Virus record (IMG/VR): IMGVR_UViG_3300022555_000012
From: an uncultured virus (IMG/VR IMGVR_UViG_3300022555_000012)
Lineage: Duplodnaviria; Heunggongvirae; Uroviricota; Caudoviricetes
Direction: 5' to 3' (one strand)
DNA length: 64,000 nt
Part shown: in pieces, positions 51,641-62,230 of the stretch
Position numbering within the stretch: position 1 is the stretch's first letter
Layout: every line of letters begins with the position of its first letter
Notes under the pieces: generated by a model
The model's database searches: none
Seen by the model: the letters and a program-made list of their open reading frames with translations, nothing else
Told to the model about the DNA's origin: nothing
Position numbers and translations under genes: made by a program

Positions 51641-52468
51641 CTAAAACTCTTTGACGACTTTAACCGCCGCCTCAATCTCTTCCGCCCATTTCCGATCCGC
51701 CAGATACATATCCCTGGGATCGTCCATCTGCCATCCAGGTTCTCGAAGAAACTGAATCCGGGTATATCTCTTAACCGGGAGAGACTTGACGAAATAGTCA
51801 TGCATATTGTCTGATGCTCCATGCAACATCGCCTCAAGCACCCAGATTGCCGTCCCGACTCTCGTCCCCGGTGTCCCGCCCTCGTCCCCTGACTCTGTCC
51901 CGGTCCCAATCGAAAGTATCTCCACATCCTCAATCTTGGCCCCAAGAACCCTCACAGCCGCCGCAAGAGCCACCATACTCGGATTATTGGCATAGATTCC
52001 CCCATCAGCGTATCCCTTCCAAGGTGGGAAATAAGTCTCCGCTGCCGTTGCACAACGACAAATCTCCCAGGCCGGCCATGACCTATCATCAAAATTCGTC
52101 GATGAAAACACCTTCAATGTCTTCTGGCCAATATCGGCCGCCGTAATAAAGACAGGCTTCTTTGCATCCCCCAGCGTTGTTGGCCCAAAAACTGCCCTCA
52201 GAGCATCATTCAGTCCCGTGTCCGAATATTCCGACTGAAGAAGATTCATCTTCCGATACCAGGGTGCATCAAAAACCTTTCCCATCCACTTGTCAAAGAA
52301 ATCAGGAGAAATAATCTCGGGAGTCCCTAATGCCGCCGCTAAAACTTGCGGAGATCCAATCGATGTCCCTGCAAAGGCATCGAACTTGTCAAAACAGTTC
52401 GCCTCCGTCATTATGGAAGACTGTATCCGACCAAATACTCCACCACCATCAAGTGCCAATATTTTCAT
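51641..52468 (-). CDS. patatin-like phospholipase
   Basis: ILALDGGG, GTSIG and ADGGIYANNP motifs. Confidence 0.9.
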   Translation of the reverse strand: MKILALDGGGVFGRIQSSIMTEANCFDKFDAFAGTSIGSPQVLAAALGTPEIISPDFFDKWMGKVFDAPWYRKMNLLQSEYSDTGLNDALRAVFGPTTLGDAKKPVFITAADIGQKTLKVFSSTNFDDRSWPAWEICRCATAAETYFPPWKGYADGGIYANNPSMVALAAAVRVLGAKIEDVEILSIGTGTESGDEGGTPGTRVGTAIWVLEAMLHGASDNMHDYFVKSLPVKRYTRIQFLREPGWQMDDPRDMYLADRKWAEEIEAAVKVVKEF

Positions 52469-53552
52469 TATCTGTCCTCCAGGCTGCATCAATTTGATCC
52501 GCCGATACCCCAAAACACTGTTCAGCCAACTGAGCAGCAATCTGGGCCATCATTACCGGAGGAACACTCATACCTACACAATATACCCTTTTGTTCCTGG
52601 TGACATCAAGAAAATCATAATCATATGGATATGAACCGATTAGACAAATTTCAACCCAACTCAAATTCCTCATCTCTTCCGGGTGTTTCATGTTCTCCGT
52701 CGCCAAGACTGTCGGACTAACCCGCTCATTACTCAACCGGCACCAACTGAAATAACTGCCACCTGAGACTGTCGAATAAGCATCCCCCGGCCGACACCTG
52801 TGCCAATACGCCCGATCCACCGTATTCGCTGTTGTTCCCACCAAATCCTGTATCGGCAACTTGGCTGTAACATCCCTAAACGGGATTGCCGGCTCATTGA
52901 AACTTAAATGAATCGCCGGCAACTTCAAATCTTTTCTCCTGGCTATAAAGAAGACTCTCTCCCGGACCTGTGGAACTCCCATCGACGCCGCATTCAAAAG
53001 AAACAACTGAGGCTCATATCCAAGCGAAACAAACCGATCCATCACTAATTTACAGTAACCCTTCGCCTTCCCAGTCAGCATTCCTTGGACATTCTCTGCC
53101 ACCGCTATCTTCGGCCTTAACTCTCCAACCAAATCAAGATACTCAAAGAACAAGTCAGAAAGAACCTGCTCTGACTGCCCTTCCCTGAACTTCTTATTCT
53201 TTCCCCAGGCTTTCTCACGATCCCCGACCATCGAAAATGTCGAACAAGGCGGACTGCCGTCAAGCACATCCAAGTTATACAACTCCTTGGGTATGTCCTT
53301 CCTGGTCTTAAATGTCTGAATCGGTTCAAGGAAAGCGTGTTTTGGATGATGATTGGCTTGATAGAATGTCATCATCTCCTTATCAATTTCGTTGCATCCC
53401 AACATATCAAAGCCTGCCATCTTGTATCCGAAGGATGATCCTCCTCCACACGCAAAGGTAGAAAAGACAGTATGACCGTGTTTCTTTACTCTCTCCAGGT
53501 CAGTTCTTTTCCAGCAATACGGGAATCTGTGATCTTGAATCATTTTATCCAT
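52449..53552 (-). CDS. DNA (cytosine-5) methyltransferase, paralog 3
   Basis: FACGGG, GSPPC, ENV, Q.RERVFF and GMSVPP motifs. Confidence 0.92.
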   Translation of the reverse strand: MDKMIQDHRFPYCWKRTDLERVKKHGHTVFSTFACGGGSSFGYKMAGFDMLGCNEIDKEMMTFYQANHHPKHAFLEPIQTFKTRKDIPKELYNLDVLDGSPPCSTFSMVGDREKAWGKNKKFREGQSEQVLSDLFFEYLDLVGELRPKIAVAENVQGMLTGKAKGYCKLVMDRFVSLGYEPQLFLLNAASMGVPQVRERVFFIARRKDLKLPAIHLSFNEPAIPFRDVTAKLPIQDLVGTTANTVDRAYWHRCRPGDAYSTVSGGSYFSWCRLSNERVSPTVLATENMKHPEEMRNLSWVEICLIGSYPYDYDFLDVTRNKRVYCVGMSVPPVMMAQIAAQLAEQCFGVSADQIDAAWRTDNENIGT

Positions 53553-54619
53553 GCCTCATCTATCTGTGCTTTTGGCACTCCAAACCATTGTTCGGCAATC
53601 TGAGCCGCAATCTGGGCTGTCATCACCGGAGGAACACTCATGCCGATGCAATATAGCTTAGAATTACGATTCTTACCAAGGAAATCATAGTCGTAAGGAT
53701 ATGCACCGCACATACATGCCTCAACCCAACTAATCCCCCTCATCTCAGTTGGATGAGTATGCTGAGTGCTACTCGTCAATGTGAAGGCCGGCTTGTCTGC
53801 ACTTAATCTCTTGTAATTGAAGAAGTTTCCTCCCGAAGCCTCCTCAAAAGACTGTCCCTGTCTTGTTCTATGCCAGAATGCCCGAACAAATCCTCCCACT
53901 TCTGTCCCTTCCAGATCCTGAATAGGCAAATTATCACATACCTCTCCAAATGAAATCGGTTTTTCGGCGAAGTTGAATTTCAAACTCTTCCACTTCAGAT
54001 CCTTCCTTCGGGCAATGAAGAAAACCCTCTCCCTCGCCTGGGGAACCCCAAGGGATGCCGCATTCATCAAGAACAACTGAACATCATACCCAATATCATC
54101 ATATTTTTGCCGGATTAGGTCACAATATCCCCTTGCCTTTCCGATCAACATTCCCTTCACATTTTCAGCAACAGACACCTTCGGCCTTAACTTGTTCACC
54201 AAATCCAAATAGTCAAAGAACAAGTCTGATAGAACCTGCTCAGCCTGTCCTTCACGGAACTTCTTTTCCTTGCCCCAGGCTTCCTCTCGTGAGCCCGCCA
54301 TAGAGAAAGTAGAGCAGGGAGGACTACCATCAAGCACATCCAGATTAAACAGATCCTGGGGTAAATCAGCCCTATTCTTGAAGGTCTGAATAGGCTCGTG
54401 GTAAATGTGTTTGGGATGATGGTTCGCCAAATACAGTTCAACCATCTCCTTATCTATTTCATTGAATCCTATGACATCGAAGCCTGCCATCTTGTAACCG
54501 AAAGATGATCCTCCTCCACACGCAAAAGTTGAAAAGACGTTGTGACCATGCTTATGAACCCGGTCTAAATCTGTTTTCTTCCAACAGTAAGGAAATCTGT
54601 GATCTTGACTCATTGCCAT
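53540..54619 (-). CDS. DNA (cytosine-5) methyltransferase, paralog 2
   Basis: Same C5-MTase motifs. Confidence 0.92.
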   Translation of the reverse strand: MAMSQDHRFPYCWKKTDLDRVHKHGHNVFSTFACGGGSSFGYKMAGFDVIGFNEIDKEMVELYLANHHPKHIYHEPIQTFKNRADLPQDLFNLDVLDGSPPCSTFSMAGSREEAWGKEKKFREGQAEQVLSDLFFDYLDLVNKLRPKVSVAENVKGMLIGKARGYCDLIRQKYDDIGYDVQLFLMNAASLGVPQARERVFFIARRKDLKWKSLKFNFAEKPISFGEVCDNLPIQDLEGTEVGGFVRAFWHRTRQGQSFEEASGGNFFNYKRLSADKPAFTLTSSTQHTHPTEMRGISWVEACMCGAYPYDYDFLGKNRNSKLYCIGMSVPPVMTAQIAAQIAEQWFGVPKAQIDEAWIK

Positions 54620-55680
54620 GCCTCGTCTATCTGTTCTTTGGGAACCTTAAACCATTGTTCAGCTATTTGTGCTGCCAAATTCGCCGTCATCACCGGGGGA
54701 ACACTCATACCGATACAATACACCTTCTTTTTAGGAGAATGCTCCAGAAAATCATAATCATGAGGATATGATCCAATCATACACACTTCCACCCAACTAA
54801 TCTTTCTCTTCTCTGTCGGATGCGTTAATCCCCAGTTCGTCGTAAGTGTCAATGCCGGCTCATTTGCCGACAATCTCTTATTCCCGAATCCCATGCCTCC
54901 AGATACATCCGAATATGATCCACCCTGTCTCGTCTTCGACCAGAAAACATTCATCAACATCCCGCCCTCTGTCCCGGCAAGATCCTGAAATGGCAGATTA
55001 TCCATCACCGTCTGAAAAGTTATCTGCTTCTCATTACAGTCAATCTTTATATTCGTCCATCCTAAATCTTTTCTCCTGGCTATAAAGAAGACCCTCTCTC
55101 TCCTTTGTGGAACTCCCATTGTTGCCCCATTCACCAGAAACAACTGAACATCATATCCAATCTCGTTATACTTCCTCCGAATGAGGTCACAATAACCCTT
55201 CGCCTTTCCAACCAGAAGCCCTTTAACATTCTCTGCAACAGATACTTTCGGCTTCAACTTGTTCACCAAATCCAAATAGTCAAAGAACAAGTCTGATAGA
55301 ACCTGCTCGGCCTGTCCTTCACGGAACTTCTTATTCTTTCCCCATCCTGATTCGCGTTTTCCAGATGTTGAGAATGTCGAACACGGTGGACTGCCGTCAA
55401 GCACATCCAAATTATACAACTCCTTGGGCAAATCGGGTCTATTCTTGAATGTCTGAATCGCCTCATGATAGGTGTAAATCGGATTGTGGTTTGCCAAGTA
55501 TAACCCCACCATCTCCTTATCTATCTCGTTAAACCCTATGACATTGAAGCCTGACATCTTATAGCCGAAGGATGATCCTCCACCACAAGCAAAAGTTGAA
55601 AAGACAGTATGACCGTGTTTCTTTACCCGAACCAAGTCTGTCTTCTTCCAGCAATAGGGGAATCTGTGATCTTTAACCAC
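54610..55680 (-). CDS. DNA (cytosine-5) methyltransferase, paralog 1
   Basis: Same C5-MTase motifs. Confidence 0.92.
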   Translation of the reverse strand: MVKDHRFPYCWKKTDLVRVKKHGHTVFSTFACGGGSSFGYKMSGFNVIGFNEIDKEMVGLYLANHNPIYTYHEAIQTFKNRPDLPKELYNLDVLDGSPPCSTFSTSGKRESGWGKNKKFREGQAEQVLSDLFFDYLDLVNKLKPKVSVAENVKGLLVGKAKGYCDLIRRKYNEIGYDVQLFLVNGATMGVPQRRERVFFIARRKDLGWTNIKIDCNEKQITFQTVMDNLPFQDLAGTEGGMLMNVFWSKTRQGGSYSDVSGGMGFGNKRLSANEPALTLTTNWGLTHPTEKRKISWVEVCMIGSYPHDYDFLEHSPKKKVYCIGMSVPPVMTANLAAQIAEQWFKVPKEQIDEAWQ

Positions 55681-56266
55681 CCAACCTCTCCAAATCTACC
55701 TGATCGTTTTCGTCAGATGACCAGACAAACCCGCAACACGGGCACTTGGCATCACAATCTTTCACCAAATCAGCGATATCAATCTCCTTGTTGGTGAAAT
55801 TCTTATCCTCTCCTGGGACAAATCTCTTTTCGAGTTTGCTCGTTAAATCATCCATCCTCAATTTACCAAATAAGTCTGCATCAGCCCCCTGAACGGCATG
55901 CAACAACTCCAGAACAGATGGGGTAAAATCACCCTCAATCTCGGGATTATTCAAAGTGAGATTTGCCGACATCTCCTCATTCTCTGGAATATGAGCCACA
56001 ACCATCGGTGCTTCCGTCAATCCCTGGCTAATCAATACCTTGAATCTCTGGTGCCCCCCGACAATGTGTCCCGTTACCTCATTCCAGACAATCGGCTCGA
56101 CATACCCGAATCGATCCAAAGAGGCTTTAAGTCCTCTCATTGCCACATCATCAATGATCCTGGGATTTTCCGGCATCGGAGTCACAGCACCAAACTTAAT
56201 CACTCGAACTTCTATTTCACCGAGATTAGACATTGGATGCTCCATTCCTTTGTACGATTTCCCCAT
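55673..56266 (-). CDS. ParB/Srx N-terminal domain protein with C-terminal CPxC
   Basis: NPR.I...L..S..RFG.VEPIVWN...IVGGHQR. Confidence 0.85.
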   Translation of the reverse strand: MGKSYKGMEHPMSNLGEIEVRVIKFGAVTPMPENPRIIDDVAMRGLKASLDRFGYVEPIVWNEVTGHIVGGHQRFKVLISQGLTEAPMVVAHIPENEEMSANLTLNNPEIEGDFTPSVLELLHAVQGADADLFGKLRMDDLTSKLEKRFVPGEDKNFTNKEIDIADLVKDCDAKCPCCGFVWSSDENDQVDLERLGG

Positions 56267-56786
56267 TCGCCTTCTTCCACACGCTTCGGCATCTTGGACA
56301 TCTCATTCCCTCTTTGGTGCCTTCTGTTCCACCCTTACCCTTGCCACTACCCTTCTTCCCCTCTCCTTCTCCTGGCTGATCAAACTTATACCGTCCAAGA
56401 TAGTTCAACATATCAGCCAGACCGACCGTCTTGAAATCATCGGCCATCGTCTTCTCGGATTCTTGAAGTAACCCAACAACACTCTTCGTGAATGTTCCCC
56501 TGGTAGCCGGATTGTTCATCGTAATATTCAAGGCAACTTCTTCGTTGTCATCCAAATCAACGACTACGACATCTGTCTCCTCGACACCCTTGCTCTGAAG
56601 CACCTTAAACCGCTGGTGTCCCCCTACAATGTTTCCTGAACGCTTGTTCCAAATAATCGGAACCAGAACACCGTAACGATCAATTGAACCACCTAACCCA
56701 TCAATGGCCTCCTGCCGAATTTCCCTTGGGTTATATGCCGCCGGATGTAACTCCGATAATTTCTTCCGTTCCATTATCCAATTCAT
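56226..56786 (-). CDS. ParB/Srx N-terminal domain protein
   Basis: YNPR...PIIWNKRSGNIVGGHQR; CPRC. Confidence 0.85.
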   Translation of the reverse strand: MNWIMERKKLSELHPAAYNPREIRQEAIDGLGGSIDRYGVLVPIIWNKRSGNIVGGHQRFKVLQSKGVEETDVVVVDLDDNEEVALNITMNNPATRGTFTKSVVGLLQESEKTMADDFKTVGLADMLNYLGRYKFDQPGEGEGKKGSGKGKGGTEGTKEGMRCPRCRSVWKKANGEIVQRNGASNV

Positions 56787-57325
56787 GTTTTCCCCTTTAC
56801 GACCAAAATATCTTTACCATCCACCATCCACTTGTTACCGCAACAAGGACATTCCGTATCCCAGTCATCACTCTTCTTTTCACCCTCCATTACCCCGTCT
56901 CCACGATTCTGTTCAATGTTCTTTTCAAGGGATGCCTTCAGCTCATCCATTCGAACGGCCTGGAACAGATCCGGGGCAGAACCCTCGACCTGACTGATCA
57001 ACTCCATGATCGGCTCATCGAACTCTCCCTCGATCTTGACATTGTTCATCGTCAAACTCGCCGCCAACTCATCCTCGGGCGATAAATTGACAACAACCAT
57101 TGGAACTTCCGTTACCCCCTGTTGCATCAATATGGCATATCTCTGATGACCACTGACAATATGCTTCGTCTTCTCGTTCCAAACGATCAACTCCACCAGA
57201 CCGAAACGACCAATAGACGCCTTCAGACCTTTTAAGGCCGACGGAGATATAATCCGGGGATTATTGCTCTGAGGGATTGCGTCACTCAATTTTACAACCC
57301 GTGTTTCCCATTTATTTATGAGCAT
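56783..57325 (-). CDS. ParB/Srx N-terminal domain protein
   Basis: NNPR...IVWN...IVSGHQR; CPCC. Confidence 0.85.
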   Translation of the reverse strand: MLINKWETRVVKLSDAIPQSNNPRIISPSALKGLKASIGRFGLVELIVWNEKTKHIVSGHQRYAILMQQGVTEVPMVVVNLSPEDELAASLTMNNVKIEGEFDEPIMELISQVEGSAPDLFQAVRMDELKASLEKNIEQNRGDGVMEGEKKSDDWDTECPCCGNKWMVDGKDILVVKGKT

Positions 57326-57977
57326 TTTTCTTCCCCTTTAATTGTTTCCCTGTTCCAACCACTGCATTAAAAACGACCTCATTGTCTGTCACCTTCCATT
57401 GACTACTGCACTTGGGGCAACAAATCACCGCCTGGGTCTTCTCTGTGACCTCTGGCGGGTCTTCTTCCCCAGATCCTGCTCCTGGCACGGGTCCCTGTTG
57501 TCCTCCCTCGCCTGGCTCGACCGGGGCCTTCCCCGTAGTCTTTGGCTCTCGCTTCTTCTTGTCGAACCCTCGACCCTTCAGGTAATCATAAAGGTCCAGT
57601 AGTCCGATTTCCCGGAATTTACTCCCGAGTTGGGCTTCAGACATCCGAAGCTGTTCCACAACGTCCTTCGTGAAGTCACCTCGAACTTCCCGATTATTCA
57701 TTGTGATATTCAAGGCAACCTCTTCGTTGTCATCCAGATCAACAACGACGACATCTGTTTCGATCTCCCCCATCTCCAGGAGTTGCTTATATCTCTGATG
57801 CCCACCAACAATGTTTCCTGAACGCTTATTCCAAACGATATGAGACAACATTCCAAATTTGGCAATGGAATTCCCTAAACCCTCAAATGCCTGGTCAGAC
57901 ATCTTCCTGGGATTGTATTCAGCAGGGGTCAACTCATCCAACTTCATCTTCCTGACTTCTACTTTTACTTCACTCAT
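57312..57977 (-). CDS. ParB/Srx N-terminal domain protein
   Basis: YNPR...IVWNKRSGNIVGGHQR; CPKC. Confidence 0.85.
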   Translation of the reverse strand: MSEVKVEVRKMKLDELTPAEYNPRKMSDQAFEGLGNSIAKFGMLSHIVWNKRSGNIVGGHQRYKQLLEMGEIETDVVVVDLDDNEEVALNITMNNREVRGDFTKDVVEQLRMSEAQLGSKFREIGLLDLYDYLKGRGFDKKKREPKTTGKAPVEPGEGGQQGPVPGAGSGEEDPPEVTEKTQAVICCPKCSSQWKVTDNEVVFNAVVGTGKQLKGKKNAHK

Positions 57978-57987
57978 TCTTTGTCCT

Positions 57988-58791
57988 TTAAGGAATCAAT
58001 CCCCGTTTGCGAGCCAATGTTTCGTCTAAAACCTCATTCCAATCAAGATCTCTTAAATGTTTCTCACTCCTTGTCTCGTCATTCTCCTGTCTGGCTGCAC
58101 TTCCACGAGCCGCCTTTATTTTCATCCATTCATAAGATTGTGTCTGATAGTGGTTTAACAGAATTCCACTATTCTTGATGTATTCCTCACTTAGGGGTGA
58201 TTGATGCTGATAAGAAACACGATTTAAACAACCATCAGAACAATACCACCCATCTAACGCATGAGTGTGAACATCTAATCTTACAAGATTTCTCGTCCTA
58301 ACTATACTCTTTGTCCAAACTATTTTCTCAGGATCATATGACCTTCTATTGAGAAAACTTCCCATCACGCTCCTTGGCTGTCTTATTAGCCCCGAAGACC
58401 CGAAATTTACCCATGGAATCCTAACACTGTTAATTAATCCCGTTCCAAAAGACTTCCTCACCCATTCTGCCATGGTTCCCATCCGAGCATACACAAACTC
58501 GTCCAAGTCACATACCAGTATCCACTCCGAATCATTTTTCCTTGGTAAAACAAACTGATTGTATGCCATTATCTGAGCGTACCGATTTGGCACCCAAAAT
58601 GGTGAAATCAATCCTCTTTTCCAATACGGGTAAAGCACCTGCTTGTGATTATCCGTGCTGTTGTTGTCGATCATATAGAAGTGATCAACTCCTTCAGCCA
58701 AGTAATGATCCAGCCACTCTTTGAGAATGTGAGCCTCATTCTTGTAAAATGCCGCAATACTTAAAAAATGCTTACTCATTCTTCTTCCCAA
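57988..58791 (-). CDS. GT-A fold glycosyltransferase (family 2/92-like)
   Basis: KNEAHILKEWLDHY..GVDHFY.IDN.STD; DLDEF; LNHY. Confidence 0.85.
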   Translation of the reverse strand: MGRRMSKHFLSIAAFYKNEAHILKEWLDHYLAEGVDHFYMIDNNSTDNHKQVLYPYWKRGLISPFWVPNRYAQIMAYNQFVLPRKNDSEWILVCDLDEFVYARMGTMAEWVRKSFGTGLINSVRIPWVNFGSSGLIRQPRSVMGSFLNRRSYDPEKIVWTKSIVRTRNLVRLDVHTHALDGWYCSDGCLNRVSYQHQSPLSEEYIKNSGILLNHYQTQSYEWMKIKAARGSAARQENDETRSEKHLRDLDWNEVLDETLARKRGLIP

Positions 58792-59337
58792 ATCCCACCG
58801 GGACCCTGTACCATCCCCAGTCCTTCCCCACTCTTCAACCTCTCCGGTATCCCCTGTCCCATCTGACCTACTGATTCCACATACTTAACTGGGTTCCGAT
58901 CCTTTGCCAACACCGAGATACTCTCAGATGTGATAGCAACCTTGGTCTCACCTCTATATGGCTCCCCGGCTTTCGTTGCCTTCGGGTCATCAGGATCTCC
59001 AGCCGCCCATCCCTTTGCCTGAAATGCCATCAATGTCCACTCTAAGGCATCCCTCTCATCCTGATTCGTCTCTGTCTCTAACAACCTTCTCAACTCTTGA
59101 GGTGTTTTGTTAGCATACCGGTATTCACCGTGATATTCTTGAGCCTGAGCAAGCAATTCATGCCACTCCCTGTCCTCGACCTCATCAAGTTTTCCGTCTT
59201 CCTCAAAAACCTGATCAGTTCCATCACTACATTTCCGAGCCAAGTCCAGCACCTTTGAATGATCGCTCATTTAACTCCTTCAGTCATCGGTGCGGCCAAT
59301 CCCAGGCCGAGGTTGGGACTGACCACACCTAGACCAT

Positions 59338-61686
59338 TTAACACTGTGAATAACCACAACGACACTTTGAACAACCTTCCTCAAAAAGAAGATATCCTCC
59401 GCATTCAGGACACTTAATCTTGAGATTGTTCAATCCCCCATCACTCCGGCTGTGAACTGCATTTGGATCTGATTTTGTTCCATTCTCAATTACTGTCAAG
59501 TCCACCTTGCCCAATAACAGATCGTGCAAACCTGATATGGACTTGGCCGTCAGATATTTCTGAATCGCCTTCGCTAGACCATCTGCCAGGGATGACACTC
59601 GACCATCCTTAGTTGGAACAGACAAACTTGAACCAATTCCATCCAATTGCTCCATAATGTCTTCGAGCGACCCATTAATCCGGAGATACTGTGAAATGAT
59701 TCGACACATTCCCTCTAAATCCGAACAGGCCACATCTCCACCCTTACCAAGCTGAGCGAAGATCTCGAACTCACGCTGAGATACCGGGTCCACAACGATC
59801 TTGACATGCATATTCCCGAAATGAGTCATCTGCCTGATCCTGATCGCAGACATAATCTCCGGCAACCTCATCGGCTTAACGGTCTTATTCTCTTCCTCTT
59901 TCACCGGCTCAACCTTCTTTTCAGCCTTTTCTGCCAAGGCCATCGGTTGATTCTTCCGACATCCATCCCGGTAAACCGTCACTCCCTTGCATCGGTATTC
60001 ATAGGCCAACAAGTAAATCTTCCGAACATCTTCCACCGTCGCGTCATGATGAAAATTGATCGTCTTACTGATTGAACTATCACAATACTTCTGGAACTCC
60101 GCCTGCATCTTGATATGCCACTCGGGAGCAATATCATGGGCCGTACAGAACACACGTTTTACAGCATCCGGTATTCCTTCAACATCCTTCAGTGATCCCT
60201 TCTCCACGATTTCCGTCATCATCTTCTCATTATAGAAACCACGTTCTTTCGCCACCCGAACAAACACCTCATTGGCCTCGATCATCTTCTGGCCCTCTAA
60301 CACATTCCGGATAAACACCACTGAAAATAGGGGTTCCACACCTCCTGAACAATTGGCAATAATACTGATGGTTCCTGTTGGGGCAACGGTTGTCGTGCAA
60401 GCATTCCGCATCTTTATTCCCAACTTCTCCCAGCGACTTCCCTTCCAGTTCGGGAAAACTCCTCTCTCCGCCGCCAATGCTTCCGAAGCCTTGTGTGACT
60501 CCTCATTCAGGAACTTCATGATGTTCCCACCAAAGGCAACTCCCTCATCACTGTCATAGGGAATTCCCAAATCGAAAAGAGCATCAGCAAATCCCATAAT
60601 TCCAAGCCCAATCTTACGATTGTTCCTGCTTATTTCTGCCGTCTCCTGAATCGGATACCGATTAATATCAATGATATTATCAAGGAATCTTACCCCGGAG
60701 TAAATCACCTTACTGAATTCGTCCCAGTCATATCCGATTATGCCGTTTTTATGCGTCACGAATTTTGCCACATTGACACTTCCAAGATTACAACTCTCAT
60801 AGGGAAGAAGAGGCTGCTCTCCGCACGGATTTGTGGCTTCGATCATTCCGATGTGAGGAGTAGGATTATCCTCGTTGATTCGATCCAGAAAAACAATACC
60901 AGGCTCACCTGTCATCCACGCGTGTTCAACAATGAGGTCAAACATCTCTCCAACCTTCCAGACCCCACCCTCCTTCTTGGTAATGCGAGATTCCTTTCCC
61001 GTCCTCGGATTACGAACAACGTGTTCCTCCTGGGGATTTGAAACCACCTTCTTCATGAATTCCTCGGTAATCCCCACCGAAAGATTGAAGTTTGTCAATT
61101 CATTCAAGTCCTGTTTGACGTTGATGAAAGAGATAACGTCCGGATGATCCACCCTCATGATTCCCATATTGGCACCACGCCTGAAGGCTCCCTGCTGAAT
61201 GGCATCTGTCGCCTTCGCAAACACCTTCATAAAGGAGATGGGACCAGATGTCGTTCCACTACTCGATGTCACGAAGTCCCCATTCGGACGCAGCCGGCTG
61301 AAACTGAATCCCGTGCCTCCACCAGACTTCTGAATCATCGCCGCATTCTTGATGCTTGTAAATATTCCATCAATACTGTCTTCGATGGGCAATACAAAAC
61401 ATCCCGACAATACTCCTGCCGATCTCCCCGCATTCATAAGCGTCGGAGAGTTGGGCATAAACAACCCTTCAGTCATTATCCTGTAAAAATCCCTGGCAAC
61501 CTCAATCATCCGTTTCTCATCAGCACCATACTCGGCTTCTGCTGTCGCCGTTGCCGAAGCCACCCGGTCAAATAATTCCTCAACCGTCTCAATCAATTCT
61601 CCCTGCTCATTCTTCCGGAGATATCTTGACTCTAAAACCGCAATCCCATTCTTTGTCAGTAATTCTTTTGACATTTCATACTCCAT
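59338..61686 (-). CDS. nrdJ: class II (adenosylcobalamin-dependent) ribonucleotide reductase
   Basis: PNSPTLMNAG; ATNPCGEQPL; APTGTISII; C-terminal TSCPD-like domain and Zn ribbon. Confidence 0.92.
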   Translation of the reverse strand: MEYEMSKELLTKNGIAVLESRYLRKNEQGELIETVEELFDRVASATATAEAEYGADEKRMIEVARDFYRIMTEGLFMPNSPTLMNAGRSAGVLSGCFVLPIEDSIDGIFTSIKNAAMIQKSGGGTGFSFSRLRPNGDFVTSSSGTTSGPISFMKVFAKATDAIQQGAFRRGANMGIMRVDHPDVISFINVKQDLNELTNFNLSVGITEEFMKKVVSNPQEEHVVRNPRTGKESRITKKEGGVWKVGEMFDLIVEHAWMTGEPGIVFLDRINEDNPTPHIGMIEATNPCGEQPLLPYESCNLGSVNVAKFVTHKNGIIGYDWDEFSKVIYSGVRFLDNIIDINRYPIQETAEISRNNRKIGLGIMGFADALFDLGIPYDSDEGVAFGGNIMKFLNEESHKASEALAAERGVFPNWKGSRWEKLGIKMRNACTTTVAPTGTISIIANCSGGVEPLFSVVFIRNVLEGQKMIEANEVFVRVAKERGFYNEKMMTEIVEKGSLKDVEGIPDAVKRVFCTAHDIAPEWHIKMQAEFQKYCDSSISKTINFHHDATVEDVRKIYLLAYEYRCKGVTVYRDGCRKNQPMALAEKAEKKVEPVKEEENKTVKPMRLPEIMSAIRIRQMTHFGNMHVKIVVDPVSQREFEIFAQLGKGGDVACSDLEGMCRIISQYLRINGSLEDIMEQLDGIGSSLSVPTKDGRVSSLADGLAKAIQKYLTAKSISGLHDLLLGKVDLTVIENGTKSDPNAVHSRSDGGLNNLKIKCPECGGYLLFEEGCSKCRCGYSQC

Positions 61687-61726
61687 TTAAGGACATTATC
61701 GTCCAATTGTTTTTTACTAAAAGTCT

Positions 61727-62203
61727 TTAAAGTCGGATAGCTCTCTTCTCGGCAGCTTCCTTGGCCTTGTGTTCTGCTCGTTCCTTAGACCGTCTTGGCG
61801 TCCTTGCTAAAGCCGCCTTAGTCCATTCTCGTCTCTTCTTATCAGCTTCCACCTTCCGGGTTTCAGCCTGCTGGGACATCTGCTCCCGAATTTGAGATTT
61901 TTGTGCCATTGCATCTTGATAAACCTGGGTCATCGTTGATCCCCCTAACGGATTGATCTTCTCGATTCCCAGATCCCGACGCATTATAGCCTTCATTTCA
62001 ACATTTCTTTTAACCTGGTCAACGGCACGATCCATCGCAATATTTCTACTGGATCGAGTGACAAGTCCCGATAAGGTTGGAACCTTATGGGTTTCACGAG
62101 ATTTGCACTTGGGGCAAATCACAATCGGCTTCTCCGTCATGGAGTGCCGAATTTCAAAGACAAAATCGCATTTTTTACAGTTATAGTCGTAGGCTGGTAA
62201 CAT
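61727..62203 (-). CDS. FmdB-family zinc ribbon protein
   Basis: P.YDY.C..C...FE.......CPKC.S. Confidence 0.75.
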   Translation of the reverse strand: MLPAYDYNCKKCDFVFEIRHSMTEKPIVICPKCKSRETHKVPTLSGLVTRSSRNIAMDRAVDQVKRNVEMKAIMRRDLGIEKINPLGGSTMTQVYQDAMAQKSQIREQMSQQAETRKVEADKKRREWTKAALARTPRRSKERAEHKAKEAAEKRAIRL

Positions 62204-62230
62204 ACAGCACTCGCATTTCTAAAAAAATTG

